Source: an uncultured Acidimicrobiales bacterium
GTDB lineage: Bacteria > Actinomycetota > Acidimicrobiia > Acidimicrobiales > Aldehydirespiratoraceae
Reading direction: 5' to 3'
Length of the DNA: 64,000 nucleotides
Assembly (NCBI GenBank): GCA_951812975.1
Contig: CATOTC010000004.1
Coordinates: 3,636-67,635 of the forward strand
This document shows positions 28,415 to 39,931 of this stretch, one piece after another. Position numbers and translations under genes: made by a program. The notes below the pieces were generated by a model that saw only the letters and a program-made list of their open reading frames with translations, ran no database searches and was not told the origin of the DNA. Each line of letters starts with the position of its first letter. Positions within the stretch are counted from its first letter, which is position 1.

Positions 28415-29956
28415 TCACGGAGCGGCCGCGGGGCGCGGCTCGGCGGCCACGACTCCGGGCAGCAACTGATGCTGGGACACGCCGGTCAGATCCCGGCTGA
28501 CCACCACCGGCGAGCGGGAGACAACCTCCACGATCGGGCGCTCAGATCCCAGTTCTGACGCACGCAGCGAGACCCGCCGCAGCGGAGCCACCTCTATGGA
28601 CGCAACCAGATCGCGACCCCGGTCATCAAGGACCGCCACCTCGACGGTGGCGATCGATTCAGCGGAAGGATTGAAGATCGCAACTGAGTGCGACCCGCTG
28701 CCCAAGGGAGCCAACCATCTCGTTGAGCTCGCGTCCAGGCCCGTGGTTGCGGCCACCGAAACGTTCACCGGCCCAAGGTCCTGTGTCGGCTCGGGATCAA
28801 CCGAATCCCCACCGTCGACCGCTTCGTCGAGGCGAGTCTCGGCGAACAGGTCACTGCTCTCGTGCATCACCGCGATCGGAAGGCCCGTCAACGACCTCGC
28901 AGTAATGCCGTACGAGCCCAGTCCCCTGAGCCTGCTCACGTCGCTCAGACGAACCTGGCTCATGGCGCCGGCAGCGATCGTCAACTCGATCGGGTCACGG
29001 CTCAAGCCCTCCCCGGAGATGATCTCAAGATCAACCTCGGCCGTCTGCTCCGCCGAAGGGTTGACCACACTCACGACATCGAAGCGATCGTTGCTGTCGA
29101 GGTCCAGAAGGTGCCAGACCGGAGCTGTAGTGGATGCAAGCGGTGCAACCGACAAGCCGACAGGAAAATCATGGTCCGCCTGCGTGACGAGACCCTGTGA
29201 CTGCACCCGAGACGCCGCGATCCGGCCGACGACGACATCGATCACCGCGCTCACCCGACTCGCCGCCGGCACCACGTCGGTGACATCGAGGGCAACCACC
29301 CGTCGGGCTGGAACCACCACGCCGTTGAGGGTGTCGACTCCCACGTCGGAATAGAAGCGAATGTCGAGAACCGCATCATGGGGGAAAGGGTTGAGCAGCA
29401 ACAACACCATCTCCTCACCCTTCGTCGCGAACTCAGTAGATCCCGAGGCCACCACCCACAGATCAGAGGTGCGGGTATGACACAGAGCCCGATCAGTGGT
29501 CCCCGATGCACCCAGATAAGTCTGCTCCACGATCACGTCGGCGGAGCCGACCTCAACCACGGCACCCATCCACTCCGAGTCGGCTACGAGGTCCGCCAAT
29601 CGTACGCGGGTACGCCCACCGGCTTCGATCATCACCACGACATCCGTGGGAGCAGCGCCGAGCCCGCTTCGGACCCCCGAGACGAAGGCCTGCACACCCT
29701 CGACCGAGGCATTGATGATCTCCAGGGACACATCGGCTCGCCCACCGGGAGCAGAGCCTCCCGGGCAGAACCAGGTTCCGATCTCTCTGGACGACTCAGG
29801 GACGGAATAAGCAGCCGGAACCACCAACTGTTCAATGTCCCGCCCGAAAACCTCCGAAGCGCCGATCTCGTCCAGCGTGTCTGACCCGTCGAGCAACAAC
29901 GCGGCCGCGAGCACGCAACCGAGCAGCATCGCCACGAACACGCGGGTCAACCTCAC
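28415..29956 (-). CDS. DUF5719-like secreted/anchored protein
   Basis: N-terminal TM then a long beta-rich region. Its GTG start overlaps the upstream stop (GTGA at 29953-29956). Family name recalled from actinobacterial neighbourhoods, not searched. Confidence 0.6.
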   Translation of the reverse strand: MRLTRVFVAMLLGCVLAAALLLDGSDTLDEIGASEVFGRDIEQLVVPAAYSVPESSREIGTWFCPGGSAPGGRADVSLEIINASVEGVQAFVSGVRSGLGAAPTDVVVMIEAGGRTRVRLADLVADSEWMGAVVEVGSADVIVEQTYLGASGTTDRALCHTRTSDLWVVASGSTEFATKGEEMVLLLLNPFPHDAVLDIRFYSDVGVDTLNGVVVPARRVVALDVTDVVPAASRVSAVIDVVVGRIAASRVQSQGLVTQADHDFPVGLSVAPLASTTAPVWHLLDLDSNDRFDVVSVVNPSAEQTAEVDLEIISGEGLSRDPIELTIAAGAMSQVRLSDVSRLRGLGSYGITARSLTGLPIAVMHESSDLFAETRLDEAVDGGDSVDPEPTQDLGPVNVSVAATTGLDASSTRWLAPLGSGSHSVAIFNPSAESIATVEVAVLDDRGRDLVASIEVAPLRRVSLRASELGSERPIVEVVSRSPVVVSRDLTGVSQHQLLPGVVAAEPRPAAAP

Positions 29957-32900
29957 CGCCTGTGTCCAATCACCGGGCGGATTGCAACCACGCCGATCAA
30001 CAGCACGATCGCCGACAGTTGCACGATCAACACCCATCGCCTCCAGGGCGCTGTCAAGTAGTTCAGTTCACCGGTGCCACCATCTTGGGGCACGAAAGCG
30101 GTGGCATAGCCGACTGAATGTCGTTGCGGAGCTCTAGAACCGTCAACTTCAAAGGTCCATGACGGATCCGCGGTCTGCGCCAGGAATACCTCCGTGCCGT
30201 CCGGGATCGAACCCGAGAGGCTGTCACCCCGGCCTGACATGACACCCGCGGTTCCCGATATGGGCACCGCGGCCAGATCCGCGATCTGCTCGACACCACT
30301 GTCGAAACCCGGAGACGCAGCAGCGCGAACCGAAGTCCATTCAGTGTTGTCGTACACCTCGACAGCGCTGTTGATCCCCTCCAGACGCCTCAAGTCGAGT
30401 TGAGACGCAATCGCACCCCGCACACCCGCCGGTATCGAGACCGCATCATCGGGGTCGCTGAAAGGAGCCGGGGCAAGCCGGTCCAGCAACACCACGTAAC
30501 GGACGCCGAGCCCACCGAGTTCCCTTCCCAGACGTATCGTCTCGCCGTTGAGCGCACGCAGAACCGCCTCGGAAACCAGAGGCGCAGCCCCGCCCTCGAC
30601 CGCCGGAAGACGGTCGGACAACCTCGGAAACCCGTCAATGGACGCAACCCAGGCAAGGTCGGCAACCAACGGGCGGCCTTCGGACAGGATGGTTTCGGGT
30701 GATCCGATCCACAGGACTCGATAACTGCCGTCTCGCAACGGGTCGGCGAAGGGCAACACGTCCTCGTAGTCGCCGCGAGGCATCCCCCAACGCCCGGACT
30801 CTGCCAGCGCAAGCGCCGGAATCGAACTGGCCACCGCAGCCACCACCGCCAACGGCAGCAATGCCTGACGCCAACCGAATCCCGCGGCGGGCAGATCGTG
30901 TTCGAACGCAACTATCGCGACACCGCAGGTCAGCGCCACCCCTACTGCCGCGGCCGCCAACAGGACGCTGTCGTCGGGCATGCCGAACGGCAGCCAACCC
31001 AGAGCCGCGACCCACGTCAGACCCCAACTGAGGATCGCCACCGACCAGCCGCGGACCGCCAACTCGAACCGCCATGAACGGCCGGTCAGCATCGGGATGA
31101 CCATCAGAACCCCGAGAGCCCAGACAAAGACCCCCGGTTCGGTCGGCCCGATGTTGAAACTGATGATGTCGCTGAGCGGTATTGCAGAAGCCGAGCCGTC
31201 ACGCCCCCCGGCCAACGGCTCCCAGGTCGCACCGCCGACGAGCTGGTCCACCAGGAAGGGCAGGGCAAGCACCGATACCACCGGCAGAGCCACGACCACG
31301 CAGACAAGCATGCGCAACGTTCCGGAGAGGTTGAAGCTGAGAACCGCCCCGAGCAGCAACCCGGCGACCATCGGAGCCAGGATCAGGCTCGCCGACAGAT
31401 CGAACAGGGCAGTCACACCGACAACCGCACCGATGGTCCCACCGATTGGAACCAACCGATGCCAGGTCTCGTCCGACGAACGCGTCGACCACACCGACTG
31501 TGCTCTCAGCAGCGCCGCGAGCAGCCACGGCGCCAACGAATAGGCATAGACGCCGGCGATACTCGCAGTAGCAAGCGCAGCCCAGGGCAGGGGAATCACC
31601 GCGTACACGAACAGCGAACCAAGCTGAGCCCGCCGAGAGCCCGTGGGCCGGAGCATCCGCCAAGCCCCCACCAGACCCACCACGATCGGCAACAGCACCC
31701 ACAGGGTGCGCACCAGACCCACCGCACCACCCGAGAGGATCGAGAACAATCCGAGCAGACCCACGACACTGGCCCCAGCTCCGGAACTGCCCATGTCACG
31801 CTCCCGCCATCCGCTCCACCACTCGCCGATCATCTCTGAACCTGAACCGCCGAATGGCAGGTAGTCGCCGATCACAGGAACGCCGCCGGCGATCAGCGAC
31901 CGAGAGCCGAACAACACGAACAACCCGATCAACGCCAAGACCACAGCAGAGATCCGGGCCGTGCCCGTACGCATCGCGGACGCCAGTTCCCGGCCCACGA
32001 CGTGCGCCCTGTCCGGACCGAAGCGTCCCCTGATCGCCGCGTTCAACCGCACACTCCCGCCCTGCTGAAGAGCTCGGACGTCGGCATAGCGAGTCCTTCT
32101 CAGACGTCTCAACGCCTTGCGCCGCGAGTGGATCTCCCCCAGACGGGCGACATTCCAGAGCCACGCCCCCCAGATGTCCCGGAACCGGCCGAACCGCCGA
32201 CCGAACAGGGCGACCATCGACTCCCCGAACGAGAAGACCAGCGCTGCCGGCAGCAGATAACACAATGACGGATAACTCGACGTGACCAGCACGGTGCGGA
32301 GTTGGTGACGGGCACCAAGGCGCTCCTCGTCTGTGCTTTTCCGTGTCGAGAGTGCCTGGCGGTGCCGCACTCGGGCATCGGGAACCGCCATCACCCTCGC
32401 TCCGGCCAGTTGTGCCCTGAAACAGAGGTCCACGTCTTCACAGTGGTAGGGCATCTCGGGATCAAAACCGTCGAGGCTCCTGAACAGGTCAGTGCGTATC
32501 AGGATGCACGCCGAGGGCACCGCAAAGACGTCCACGACAGCGTCGTACTGCTCCTGGTCGATCTCTCCGGGATCCACAACCTCGGCAGCCGCGGCGAAGC
32601 GGTCGACAATGTAGGCGACCTGCTGCAACCGGTCGGGATTGTCCCAATCAACCAGCTTCGGACCGACGATCCCAGCGTTGGAACGCAACGACTCAACCAC
32701 GAGCAGCCGCACCGCGTCCGGTTCGGGGGCGATGTCGTCGTGGCAGATCATCAAGAACAAAGGGTCGACATTCGTGTCGAGCAGCGCATTCGCCGCGGCC
32801 GAGAATCCCTCCGTGTCAGACGCATCGAGTACCGACGCCTCCGGCAGAAGCGCCTCCACCCGAGCGGGCATCGACGGATCACCCGCAGCGTCCACCACCA

Positions 32901-33099
32901 TGACCTCAAGACGCGGATAGTCCTGCGTGGCGAGGCTCTCCAAGGTCTCGGAGAACCAGTCACCGGGGGCGTGGGCGACGACCACCGCAAGGACCGACGG
33001 GGTCGTGTCCCGCGCGCCCGACGTCAAGACCTCGGAGCCGGACTCGGTCCCGGTCGCCTGGTCACCACTCAGCAGAGATTGGTCCGTACTGTCTGCCAC
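29953..33099 (-). CDS. GT2 glycosyltransferase fused to a large polytopic membrane domain
   Basis: N-terminal GT2 (VVVAHAPGDWFSETLESLATQDYPRLEVMVVD, CHDD), followed by about 700 aa with many TM segments. Confidence 0.8.
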   Translation of the reverse strand: MADSTDQSLLSGDQATGTESGSEVLTSGARDTTPSVLAVVVAHAPGDWFSETLESLATQDYPRLEVMVVDAAGDPSMPARVEALLPEASVLDASDTEGFSAAANALLDTNVDPLFLMICHDDIAPEPDAVRLLVVESLRSNAGIVGPKLVDWDNPDRLQQVAYIVDRFAAAAEVVDPGEIDQEQYDAVVDVFAVPSACILIRTDLFRSLDGFDPEMPYHCEDVDLCFRAQLAGARVMAVPDARVRHRQALSTRKSTDEERLGARHQLRTVLVTSSYPSLCYLLPAALVFSFGESMVALFGRRFGRFRDIWGAWLWNVARLGEIHSRRKALRRLRRTRYADVRALQQGGSVRLNAAIRGRFGPDRAHVVGRELASAMRTGTARISAVVLALIGLFVLFGSRSLIAGGVPVIGDYLPFGGSGSEMIGEWWSGWRERDMGSSGAGASVVGLLGLFSILSGGAVGLVRTLWVLLPIVVGLVGAWRMLRPTGSRRAQLGSLFVYAVIPLPWAALATASIAGVYAYSLAPWLLAALLRAQSVWSTRSSDETWHRLVPIGGTIGAVVGVTALFDLSASLILAPMVAGLLLGAVLSFNLSGTLRMLVCVVVALPVVSVLALPFLVDQLVGGATWEPLAGGRDGSASAIPLSDIISFNIGPTEPGVFVWALGVLMVIPMLTGRSWRFELAVRGWSVAILSWGLTWVAALGWLPFGMPDDSVLLAAAAVGVALTCGVAIVAFEHDLPAAGFGWRQALLPLAVVAAVASSIPALALAESGRWGMPRGDYEDVLPFADPLRDGSYRVLWIGSPETILSEGRPLVADLAWVASIDGFPRLSDRLPAVEGGAAPLVSEAVLRALNGETIRLGRELGGLGVRYVVLLDRLAPAPFSDPDDAVSIPAGVRGAIASQLDLRRLEGINSAVEVYDNTEWTSVRAAASPGFDSGVEQIADLAAVPISGTAGVMSGRGDSLSGSIPDGTEVFLAQTADPSWTFEVDGSRAPQRHSVGYATAFVPQDGGTGELNYLTAPWRRWVLIVQLSAIVLLIGVVAIRPVIGHRR

Positions 33100-33262
33100 A
33101 ATCGACCGAGGTTACCGCCACTGGCGCTGCGGCGGGTGACGGCGCGGGCGGGGTGTGTTGAGAGCCGGGCCGCTCGGGCCTAGAGTCTACGACGATGCGC
33201 GGTCGACCGGCGAACAACAACGGTGGACCGACCGCTGCGAGCACCGCGAACCGGGAACCGAT

Positions 33263-35177
<1,915 letters not shown>

Positions 35178-35192
35178 GACACGGGGACTGGC

Positions 35193-36128
35193 TTGAAACA
35201 CACTGTTCTCGCCGGAGGGGTTGGTGCGGCACGATATCTGCAGGGTGCCGTCGAAGCGTTCGATCCCGCTGACGTCACCGCTGTGGTCAACGTCGCCGAC
35301 GACGTGACGCTGCACGGACTGCGCGTCTGCCCCGATCTCGACACCTGCACCTACACCCTCGCCGAGGCGATCGACCCCAAGAGGGGCTGGGGCCTCGTCA
35401 ACGAGAGTTTCAAGGCGATGGCCGCGCTCAGGCGCTACGGAGGGCTCGACTGGTTCTCGCTCGGCGATCAGGACCTCGGCACGCACCTCTACCGCACCCA
35501 GCGACTGATCGAAGGCGCCACCCTGACCGAAGTGACCGCGGAAATATGCGACGGGTGGGGAGTCAGAGCAACGCTCCTGCCCGTCAGCGACGACCCGATC
35601 GAGACCAGAGTCACGCTCGGGACCGGCGAGGAGATCGGATTCCAGGAGTATTTCGTCCGTCTCGCCCACAGCGTGGAGATCTCATCGGTGCGTTTCGTCG
35701 GCGCAGAACGGGCGAAACCCTCAGCCGAGGCTCTTAAGGCGATCGAATCGGCGGAGACGCTGGTGATCGCGCCGAGCAACCCGGCAGTGTCGATTCAGCC
35801 GGTGCTCGCCGTGGGTGGGATTGAAGCCGTCGTGCGCGCCCGCCGCTCCCAGAATGTCGCCGTCTCGCCGATAGTCGGCGGCAGGGCGCTGAAGGGTCCT
35901 GCCGACAGGATGCTGCGGGAACTGGGCGAACAGGCGACCGTCGTCGGTGTGGCTCGCCGCTACCAGGCACTGGCCGCAACGCTGGTGATCGACGAGATCG
36001 ACTCCGAGTTCGCAGGCGAGATCGAGGATCTGGGGATGCGGGTGATTGCGGTACCGACCGTGATGTCGGAACCGGGGGTGGCGCGGGCTCTGGCCGAGAC
36101 CTGCCATCGAGCGGGAGTGCCCCGGTGA
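35193..36128 (+). CDS. cofD: 2-phospho-L-lactate (or enolpyruvyl) transferase of F420 biosynthesis
   Basis: VLAGGVGAARYL N-terminus and CofD/FbiA-typical length and blocks. Its stop overlaps the cofE start. Confidence 0.88.
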   Translation: MKHTVLAGGVGAARYLQGAVEAFDPADVTAVVNVADDVTLHGLRVCPDLDTCTYTLAEAIDPKRGWGLVNESFKAMAALRRYGGLDWFSLGDQDLGTHLYRTQRLIEGATLTEVTAEICDGWGVRATLLPVSDDPIETRVTLGTGEEIGFQEYFVRLAHSVEISSVRFVGAERAKPSAEALKAIESAETLVIAPSNPAVSIQPVLAVGGIEAVVRARRSQNVAVSPIVGGRALKGPADRMLRELGEQATVVGVARRYQALAATLVIDEIDSEFAGEIEDLGMRVIAVPTVMSEPGVARALAETCHRAGVPR

Positions 36129-36826
36129 GCGCGCTGGAGATCTTTGCAGTGAACGGCATCGGAGAGGTTCGACCCGGCGACGACCTGGCCTCGTTGATAC
36201 TCGACGCAGATGCCGACCTGCGAGACCGCGACTGCCTGGTGATCACCCAGAAGGTCGTCTCCAAGGCTGAGAACCGGCTCGTCGAGGTGGACCCCACCGA
36301 TCCGCTGTCGCACAAGCCGTTGGTGGAGCGTGAATCGGTGCGGGTGCTGAGACGGCGGGGCGATCTGATAATCAGTGAGACAAGCCACGGGTTCGTGTGT
36401 GCCAACGCCGGGATTGACCTGTCGAACGTCGAGCGGGGCCAGGCTGCTCTGCTGCCGATCGACAGCGACCGCTCCGCACGCGGGATCCGCGACAGACTGA
36501 AGGCGGGGGCCGGCGTCGACGTGGGGGTGGTGGTGAGCGACACCTTCGGGCGCCCCTGGCGGAGGGGGGTGACCGATGTCGCCATCGGCTGTGCAGGGAT
36601 CGCGGCCATTGTCGATCTTCGCGGGTCAACCGACACTTTCGGCCGTGAACTGATGGTGACCGAAGTCGCCGCAGTAGACGAAATCGCTGCTGCGGCCGAT
36701 TTGGTGATGGGCAAGGCTGAAGGCACCCCCGTGGCCATCGTTCGAGGGCTCCGCGAGGAGTGGTTCAGACCCAGCAGCGTGGTCGCCGAGATCATCCGCT
36801 CCCCCGCCGAAGACCTGTTCCGCTAA
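36125..36826 (+). CDS. cofE: coenzyme F420-0:L-glutamate ligase, stand-alone CofE domain
   Basis: 233 aa with ITQKVVSKAE, HGFVCANAGID and SDTFGRPWR blocks. No C-terminal nitroreductase-like domain. Confidence 0.88.
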   Translation: MSALEIFAVNGIGEVRPGDDLASLILDADADLRDRDCLVITQKVVSKAENRLVEVDPTDPLSHKPLVERESVRVLRRRGDLIISETSHGFVCANAGIDLSNVERGQAALLPIDSDRSARGIRDRLKAGAGVDVGVVVSDTFGRPWRRGVTDVAIGCAGIAAIVDLRGSTDTFGRELMVTEVAAVDEIAAAADLVMGKAEGTPVAIVRGLREEWFRPSSVVAEIIRSPAEDLFR

Positions 36827-37101
36827 CTCACGCTCTTGTTCGCTGCGCTTGACTCCCGCTCTTGTTCGCTGCGCTTGACTCCCGCTCTTGTTCGCTGCGC
36901 TCACGGGCCGCTTTGGGCCGCGGACGGGCAGCTTTGGGCCGCGGACGGGCAGCTTTGGGCCGCGGCCTCCTTCGGTCGCGCCCGTGCGGGTCAATCCGCT
37001 CGGCCTCTGTTGTCTCCCGCTCTTGTTCGCTGCGCTCACGGACCCTTGGGCCGCTGCCTCGTTCGGTCGCGGCCGTGTGCGGGTCAATCCGCTCGGTCTC
37101 T
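36827..37101 (+). repeat. modular intergenic repeat element, two tandem copies with internal module expansions
   Basis: Module A ctc(a/c)cgctcttgttcgctgcgct at 36827, 36853, 36879, 37014. Module B is a 21-nt unit x3 at 36903-36965. Module C ends ccgctcgg(c/t)ctct at 36996-37008 and 37089-37101. Confidence 0.9.
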
Positions 37102-38113
37102 AGCGGCCGTAGCCGTCGGGGTTCTGGCACTGCCAGCGCCAGTGGTCCCGCATCATGTCGTCGATGTCTCGTGTCGCCCGCCAGCCGAGCAGCTCCGCAG
37201 CCAGGTCCGTGGCCGCCCAGGTTTTGGCGATGTCGCCGGCTCGACGCTCGCAGATCTCGTACGGAATCGCCGCACCTGTCGCCCGCCTGGCCGCCTCTAT
37301 CAATTCGAGCACGCTGGTGCCGGTGCCCGTGCCCACATTGACGGCGACGGCTCCCCGATGCCCCCCGACCAGCACGTCGAGGGCCGCGACATGGGCCTCC
37401 GCCAGATCCACGACATGTATGTAGTCGCGGACTCCAGACCCGTCGACGGTGTCGTAGTCGCCGCCGAACACCTGCAGCGTCTCACGCCTGCCGCAGGCCA
37501 CCTCCATCACCAGCGGCACGAGATTGTTGGGAATGTCGTTGGGGTCTTCGCCGAGGGTTCCAGAGGGGTGCGCTCCGACCGGATTGAAGTAGCGCAAAAT
37601 CATCGCGTCCATCGGCCGAACCGCGCAGACGTCGGTGATGATCTGCTCGCTCATCAGCTTCGTCCAACCGTAGGGACTCTCCGCTCCCACGGGTGCCGAC
37701 TCGCTGACCGGCAGGACTTCTGGCTGTCCGTACACGGTGCACGACGATGAGTGGACCAGGCTACCGACTCCATTGTCGAGCATCGCCTCCAGCAGCCCGA
37801 GCAGCGAATCCAAGTTGTTGCGGTAGTACGCGACGGGTTTCTCAACGGACTCCGCCACGGCCTTGTGGGCAGCGAAATGCACCACCTCGGTGATCGGATA
37901 CTGCGCAAAGACCCTGCGGACCGCTTCGCCGTCACACAGGTCGACTTCGACGAGGGCGACCTCCGCTGTGGTGAGCGCCCTTACCGCCTCCACCGCGCGG
38001 GGCGAAGAATTGACGAAGTTGTCGACGATGACGACGTCACGACCCGTCTCACCGAGGGCGACCGCTGTGTGAGAACCGATGTACCCGGCTCCACCGGTGA
38101 CCAGAACAGCCAC
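37100..38113 (-). CDS. galE: UDP-glucose 4-epimerase
   Basis: VTGGAGYIGSH and SPYGWTK (YxxxK); 337 aa. Confidence 0.9.
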   Translation of the reverse strand: MAVLVTGGAGYIGSHTAVALGETGRDVVIVDNFVNSSPRAVEAVRALTTAEVALVEVDLCDGEAVRRVFAQYPITEVVHFAAHKAVAESVEKPVAYYRNNLDSLLGLLEAMLDNGVGSLVHSSSCTVYGQPEVLPVSESAPVGAESPYGWTKLMSEQIITDVCAVRPMDAMILRYFNPVGAHPSGTLGEDPNDIPNNLVPLVMEVACGRRETLQVFGGDYDTVDGSGVRDYIHVVDLAEAHVAALDVLVGGHRGAVAVNVGTGTGTSVLELIEAARRATGAAIPYEICERRAGDIAKTWAATDLAAELLGWRATRDIDDMMRDHWRWQCQNPDGYGR

Positions 38114-38114
38114 G

Positions 38115-39119
38115 TCAGTCGCTCATCGGGATCTTCAGTCCGTCGACGAGCTGACCGGCACCGACGTTCTGGCCATCGCCGAGGATCGACATGCCGGTGA
38201 TCTTGGCGCCCTCCCCGACACGGGCCCGAGGACCCACGATCGAACCGTCGACGAGGGCATCGGCAGCAATCACCGCGCCACCCATGATGATGCTGTCGCG
38301 CACGACTGCGCCGCCGGCGACGGTCGCGGCCGCCATCACCACTGACCTCTCGACTTCGGCGTCGGCATCGACACTGGCCTCAGGCGATTCGGCGGGCAAC
38401 GCCGCGCCGCGAACGCCGTCGATCAGGTCCAACTGTGCATGCATGTAGGTGGCCGGGGTTCCGATATCGATCCAGTAGGCATCGGAATGCACGGCCCAGA
38501 GGCCGCGCTCGGCAACAATCTCCGGGAATACCTCCCGTTCGATGGAGACCCGGCGGCCGCTGGCGATCCGCTCAAGAATCTCGGGTTCAAGCACGTATAT
38601 TCCGGCGTTGATCCAGTCCGTTGGAGCTTCATCACGGCTCGGCTTCTCGATGAACCCCAACACCCGGCCTTCAGCGTCGGTCGGCACGACCCCGAAACGC
38701 GACGGGTCCTCCACGCGGGTCAGTGCAATCGTGGCCATCGCGCCGAGGGCGTGGTGACGGTCCCACAACGACCCGATGTCGAAATCGGTCAGGACATCGC
38801 CGTTCACGACGATGAACGGCTCGTCTAGGCCCGCCGCATCGGCGGCGAAACGGACCGCGCCGGCCGTGTCGAGCGGTTCCGGCTCAACGGCATAGCTGAG
38901 CGACACGCCGCCGCATTCGGCGTCAGGGTAGGCGGCACGAAAAAGATCCTCCTTGTAGCCCAAGGCGAGGACCACCTCACTGACCCCGGCCCGTTTCAGC
39001 GTGCTGACGACATATTCGATCATCGGGCGGTCCACGACCGGCAACATCTGTTTCGGAGTAGTCACCGTCAACGGTCGCAGCCTCGTTCCGAAGCCACCAA
39101 CCAGTACAACGGCCTTCAT
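38115..39119 (-). CDS. manC: mannose-1-phosphate guanylyltransferase (GDP-mannose pyrophosphorylase-type nucleotidyltransferase)
   Basis: GGFGTRLRPLT signature plus a C-terminal left-handed beta-helix-like region. The sugar specificity is inferred from context. Confidence 0.8.
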   Translation of the reverse strand: MKAVVLVGGFGTRLRPLTVTTPKQMLPVVDRPMIEYVVSTLKRAGVSEVVLALGYKEDLFRAAYPDAECGGVSLSYAVEPEPLDTAGAVRFAADAAGLDEPFIVVNGDVLTDFDIGSLWDRHHALGAMATIALTRVEDPSRFGVVPTDAEGRVLGFIEKPSRDEAPTDWINAGIYVLEPEILERIASGRRVSIEREVFPEIVAERGLWAVHSDAYWIDIGTPATYMHAQLDLIDGVRGAALPAESPEASVDADAEVERSVVMAAATVAGGAVVRDSIIMGGAVIAADALVDGSIVGPRARVGEGAKITGMSILGDGQNVGAGQLVDGLKIPMSD

Positions 39120-39128
39120 GACATTCCC

Positions 39129-39890
39129 CTAGCCGTCGCTCCCGTCAGATTCTTCAACGTCCGCGGGAGCATCGCCGCCGGTTTCGTCGCTGAGCGGATC
39201 CAGCGTGGTGGTCGTCAACGGAGCGGGGCCCTGCCATTCGATCTCGGCACCGACACCGATGAGCGAGCCGACAGCAGCTTGCGCGGGAGGCGGCGGATCA
39301 TCACCGACCGCCACCAGAGCGAAGCTGAAACCCTCGCCGTCTTCAAGCAGGCGAATGTCATCGAAGTCGTCTTCGTAGACCTCGATGAGCTCAGGGTCGG
39401 CGTTGAGCGTAAGGTGCCAGCGCGCCACCTTGATCACACCGGGCTCGCCGTCGCAACCGTCCTCAGCCAGGATCGGGGCGAACTCTCCGTTGTCCGCGAA
39501 GATTCCGTCAACTCCGATGGATGCGTCCATCGTGTCGAGGAAGACGCCGAGGCGCGCGTCCTCGCCCGTCGCTGAGCTGTTGTACGGGTGAATATGAATC
39601 AGGGAGTCCCCGTGGCTGTGGATGCCGTCAGGGTCGACCTGGCTTTGGAATAGCGGCATCTGTTGGCCACAGTTGTAGATCGTGTAGGCCGAGTGCCAAT
39701 GGTCCTCCGTCGTCGGAGACGTCAAGGGGTCACGAGAACCGCGGGCCAGTATCACCAGCACAACCCCGAGCACCACGACCAATGCCACCACGAGGGGAAA
39801 CCCGATATTCCGGCGTTCCGAAGCACCTCTCGACGAGGCTGCGGCTCTAGCCGCGCGTTGAACCTTCTTGGACGAACTTGCTTTTGCCAC
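39129..39890 (-). CDS. membrane-anchored hypothetical protein with a His-rich motif
   Basis: Basic N-terminus, one TM, then HWHSAYTIYNCG...GIHSHGDSLIHIHP and an acidic tail. Confidence 0.55.
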   Translation of the reverse strand: MAKASSSKKVQRAARAAASSRGASERRNIGFPLVVALVVVLGVVLVILARGSRDPLTSPTTEDHWHSAYTIYNCGQQMPLFQSQVDPDGIHSHGDSLIHIHPYNSSATGEDARLGVFLDTMDASIGVDGIFADNGEFAPILAEDGCDGEPGVIKVARWHLTLNADPELIEVYEDDFDDIRLLEDGEGFSFALVAVGDDPPPPAQAAVGSLIGVGAEIEWQGPAPLTTTTLDPLSDETGGDAPADVEESDGSDG

Positions 39891-39931
39891 GAGCCATTAC
39901 GCTAGCGCTCAAGCGGCGACGAACGGCGCGA

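Noticed and set aside
33155-33262. 36-codon upstream extension of the rmd-like gene
   Set aside because: The Rossmann motif follows ATG 33263 immediately, and the extension lies in the divergent promoter region.
35734-36795. 353-aa ORF on the minus strand
   Set aside because: It is antisense to cofD/cofE. The translation is Ser/Arg/Pro/Ala low-complexity.
36862-37341. Repeat-derived ORFs (for example MFAALDSRSCSLR..., and MRARAARERKRTRAG x4 at 50707-50967) as candidate repeat peptides
   Set aside because: The two repeat loci are related at DNA level but an indel in the core puts them in different frames. No translation is conserved, so the element is treated as non-coding.
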